This document shows positions 1-64,000 of a DNA stretch of 64,000 nt, one piece after another. Source of the stretch: the human T2T-CHM13v2.0 reference genome, Homo sapiens; assembly GCF_009914755.1 (NCBI RefSeq), contig NC_060933.1; one strand, written 5' to 3'. Within the stretch, counting starts at the first letter, position 1, and every line of letters begins with the position of its first letter. Below the pieces are notes generated by a model that saw only the letters and a list, made by a program, of their open reading frames with translations, had not been told where the DNA came from and searched no databases. Position numbers and translations under genes: made by a program.

Positions 1-486
1 TTGCAGTCTCTGCTTCTCCTATTCTGTCTTCACCCACTTCAGTGAAGCAGCCGCCAACTCCACTGCACAACAACCGCCGGTCAGACGCCCTGAGAACCCC
101 ACTCCCCATCCAACCAGCACCCTCCATCTACCTCCTCCTCCCCTCTGGCTGCTGCCAGACACACCATGTGGCCTCAGGCGGCTGCGCTTGCTGTTCCTTC
201 CGCCAGGGGCGCTATTCCACCAGACGCCCCTGCCTCGCCCACTGCCTCACTTCTTTCAGGCCTCCACTCAATGCCCTCAGAGCGACCTTCTAGAACCAGA
301 CCATCTAAACAGTCCACTCAACCCCCAGCTCCGCTAGATTTCACGCCACCATCATTTCCTGTTCTCTCCAGCTACTTTATTTTTCTTCATAGCTCTTTTA
401 CTGCCTGATAATAAATTACAAATCTATTTTTGTGGTTCCTTACTTAGGTTTTGTTCTCCATCCACTTCATTTCTCTCACCACCTAC

Positions 487-520
487 ACACATGCGCACAC
501 ACACACACGCGCGCGCGCAT
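487..520. repeat. (CA)n(CG)n alternating purine-pyrimidine tract
   Basis: cacacatgcgcacacacacacacgcgcgcgcgcat. Confidence 0.9.
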
Positions 521-775
521 GAATGTAAGTCCCATGAGGACAAGGATTCTTATGTCTTATTAACCACTTATTCCTAGTAACTAAAAGAGTGCCTGGAATA
601 TAGTAGATGCTTAATAAATATACTTTGATTACATGAATATTATATGTTGTTAAATGTTTCAAATTATAAAGAACTCAAACCTCTGGGATTTGAAAGATCT
701 TTCTACACCTTTAGATATTCTAGCAGAATCACGTTGTGTTAGTGGTTTCAGAATGGAAAAGATTTATATCTTTTA

Positions 776-63217
<62,442 letters not shown>

Positions 63218-63529
63218 TCAAACTTTAATTCACAAATCGTGCAAAACAAAGAGACTGCCAGAAACAGACAAATAAATAGGCAAGCATATGCAAGGGCTAT
63301 TCTTAGGGAGAGTTGCTGGTACAGTGGAATTAGTTTCTGATACCTTGGCTTCCTCTATTCTTTCTAGACACATCTTCCTCTTATCATTACCTCTCTCTAC
63401 CTGAACAATGTTCCTCTGAGCCCTTTGGGCAATTTCTGCCTACAACTTCAGATCCGATCCTACTCTTGCCTAAGCAAAATGCTGTGCACTGTCCTTCCTC
63501 AGCAAGCCCAGCCCTAACATTATGAATGC

Positions 63530-64000
63530 TTATTATTATTATTATTATTATTATACTTTAAGTTCTAGGGTACATGCGCACAACGAGTGGGTTTGTTACA
63601 TATGTATACATGTGCCATGTTGGTTTGCTGCACCCATTAACTCCTCCTTTAGGTATTTCTCCTAATGTTAGCCCTCCCCCAGCCCCCCACCCCCTGACAG
63701 GCCCTGGTGTGTGATGTTCCCCACCCTATGTCCAAGTGTTCTCATTGTTCAATTCCCACCTATGAGTGAGAACATGCGGTGTCTGGTTTTCTGTCCTTGC
63801 GATAGTTTGCTCATCTATGTCCCTACAAGGGACATGAACTCATCCCTTTTATGGCTGCATAGTATTCCATGGTGTATATGTGCCACATTTTCTTAATCCA
63901 ATCTATCCCTGATGGACATTTGAGTTGGTTCCAAGTCTTTGCTATTGTGAATAGTGCCGCAATAAACATACGTGTGCATGTGTCTTTATAGTAGCATGAT
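63530..64000 (-). mobile_element. L1PA 3' end
   Basis: (ATT)n tail then tactttaagttctagggtacatg...gtgagaacatgcggtgt. Confidence 0.9.

Overview
Human (primate) genomic DNA lying entirely inside the TRPM6 gene (Mg2+-permeable channel-kinase), which is on the minus strand. I could delimit 20 consecutive coding exons, each with an AG acceptor and GT donor. They total 2,992 nt in one continuous frame, running from the N-terminal MHR domains through the six TM helices and pore loop to the TRP box and the start of the coiled coil. Exon numbers 6-25 are from my recollection of the reference gene; the alpha-kinase lies beyond the left edge. The introns are dense in Alu, L1, L2, DNA-transposon and LTR relics, which explain most ORF-track hits. 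Non-routine structure: (1) a ~258-bp-arm, ~91%-identical non-Alu inverted repeat starting 61 nt after the exon-7 donor; (2) a second, older 122-bp inverted duplication near exon 16; (3) a ~1.57-kb sense-oriented retrocopy of an unidentified 3'UTR in intron 23, with TSDs, an intact AATAAA and a candidate 37-nt poison exon; (4) other L1-mediated retrocopies (tailless 7SK, an RPSA fragment with an open frame, and two polyadenylated ERV-LTR 3' ends); (5) an in-frame upstream acceptor at exon 15; (6) inverted AluY elements around exon 21; (7) a sense LTR just after exon 12; (8) two CTCF-like motifs flanking exon 24. All alignments and counts were done by eye; repeat family names come from memory and are approximate.
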